From positions 91,574,001 to 91,638,000 of the forward strand of contig NC_059427.1 in assembly GCF_021028975.2 (NCBI RefSeq): 64,000 nt of DNA. The letters run 5' to 3'. The stretch is from Sphaerodactylus townsendi (Eukaryota). The notes beneath the pieces are model-generated. The model did not search any database. It was given only the letters and a program-made list of their open reading frames with translations, and was not told the origin of the DNA. Below, piece by piece: positions 63,140 to 64,000 of the stretch. The position numbers and the translations under genes are program-made. The number at the start of each line of letters is the position of its first letter. Within the stretch, counting starts at the first letter, position 1.

Positions 63140-63990
63140 GGGGGAAGAAAACCTGAACAGATCTTGGTACTTCTAGGTACATATCTTGCTGTTCTCACTG
63201 ATCCTAAGAAAGCTGTGAACTGGTACCTGGAGGGAGTTTTAGGATGGATGAGGATTAACTGAAACTTAATGCTGACAAAACAGAGATGCTATTGGTGGGT
63301 GGAAGTTTCCTGCTCTGAACTGGGTTGGACTCTTCCTAAAACAACAGATTTGTAGCTTGAAGGGCTGCTGGAGCTGGGGTACCTTTGGGTGGCAATAGTA
63401 CCTTTCATCAGCTTTAGCTGCTAAGCCAACTGCAGCCTTTTCTGGGCAATAAAAAAATCTTGTCGCTGTGGTACATGCCCTGATGACATCTAGATTAGAC
63501 TACTACAATACACTGTACAATGGGCTGCCCTTGAAGAGTGTACAGAACATTGCAGTCAAAATGCTGACTGGAGTGGATCATAGGGATCACATCATTCCAG
63601 TCTTATTCTATTTACATTAGCTCCCAGTTAGGTTCCAAGTCAAATTCATGGTATTGACATTGACATTTAAAACCCTGTATGGCTTGGGACCAACACAGCT
63701 TAAGAACTGCATATTTCTTCATGCACCTACATGATCGCTTCAGGGGCCTTTTTTGACTACCCTCACTGACTCAAGCTAAATGGGTGGCAACTTGAAGAAT
63801 GGCCTTCCCAGTCATGGCACCAAAATTATGGAATTCCTTTCTTGGGGACAATCCCTCATTGACCCTCCTCCCTGTATATTCATTTTGTTTAACTGTTGTG
63901 TTTCATTGTTGTTATATTACATATTTAAAAACCTTATTTTAGTGTTTTTGATCATTCACTGTTGTAAGAACACTGAACTAGATGGAAGAG
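63140..63990 (+). mobile_element. Decayed L2 3' region in the SPRY4 intron
   Basis: LKLNADKTE, HALMTSRLDYYN, DHIIPVL and TFKTLYGLGP remnants. Confidence 0.78.
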
Positions 63991-64000
63991 ACTTAACTAT

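Overview
This is vertebrate DNA, most likely from a squamate (probably gecko), judged from the repeat content: Squam3-like and 5S-derived SINEs, and CR1, L2, L1 and Penelope elements. One host protein-coding gene is recognisable: the single coding exon of SPRY4 on the minus strand (CDS 54193-55083), with a ~4 kb 3' UTR and the upstream intron running to the window end. The rest is a transposon-rich downstream region. It holds an apparently intact full-length L1 LINE with a 17-bp TSD, a decayed CR1 with several nested insertions, solo LTRs, a non-autonomous Helitron, many hAT/Tc1/Harbinger-type MITEs, and Penelope-like fragments with minimal hammerhead ribozyme motifs. The most unusual structure is a Penelope palindrome at 21435-21673: two perfect 97-bp inverted arms, each with an intact hammerhead motif, enclose a 45-bp spacer that is an inverted copy (44/45) of DNA ~720 bp upstream. 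Assembly gaps lie at 20424-20588 and 43574-43757. No CRISPR or prokaryotic system is present. Repeat family names come from recalled consensus features, not from database searches.
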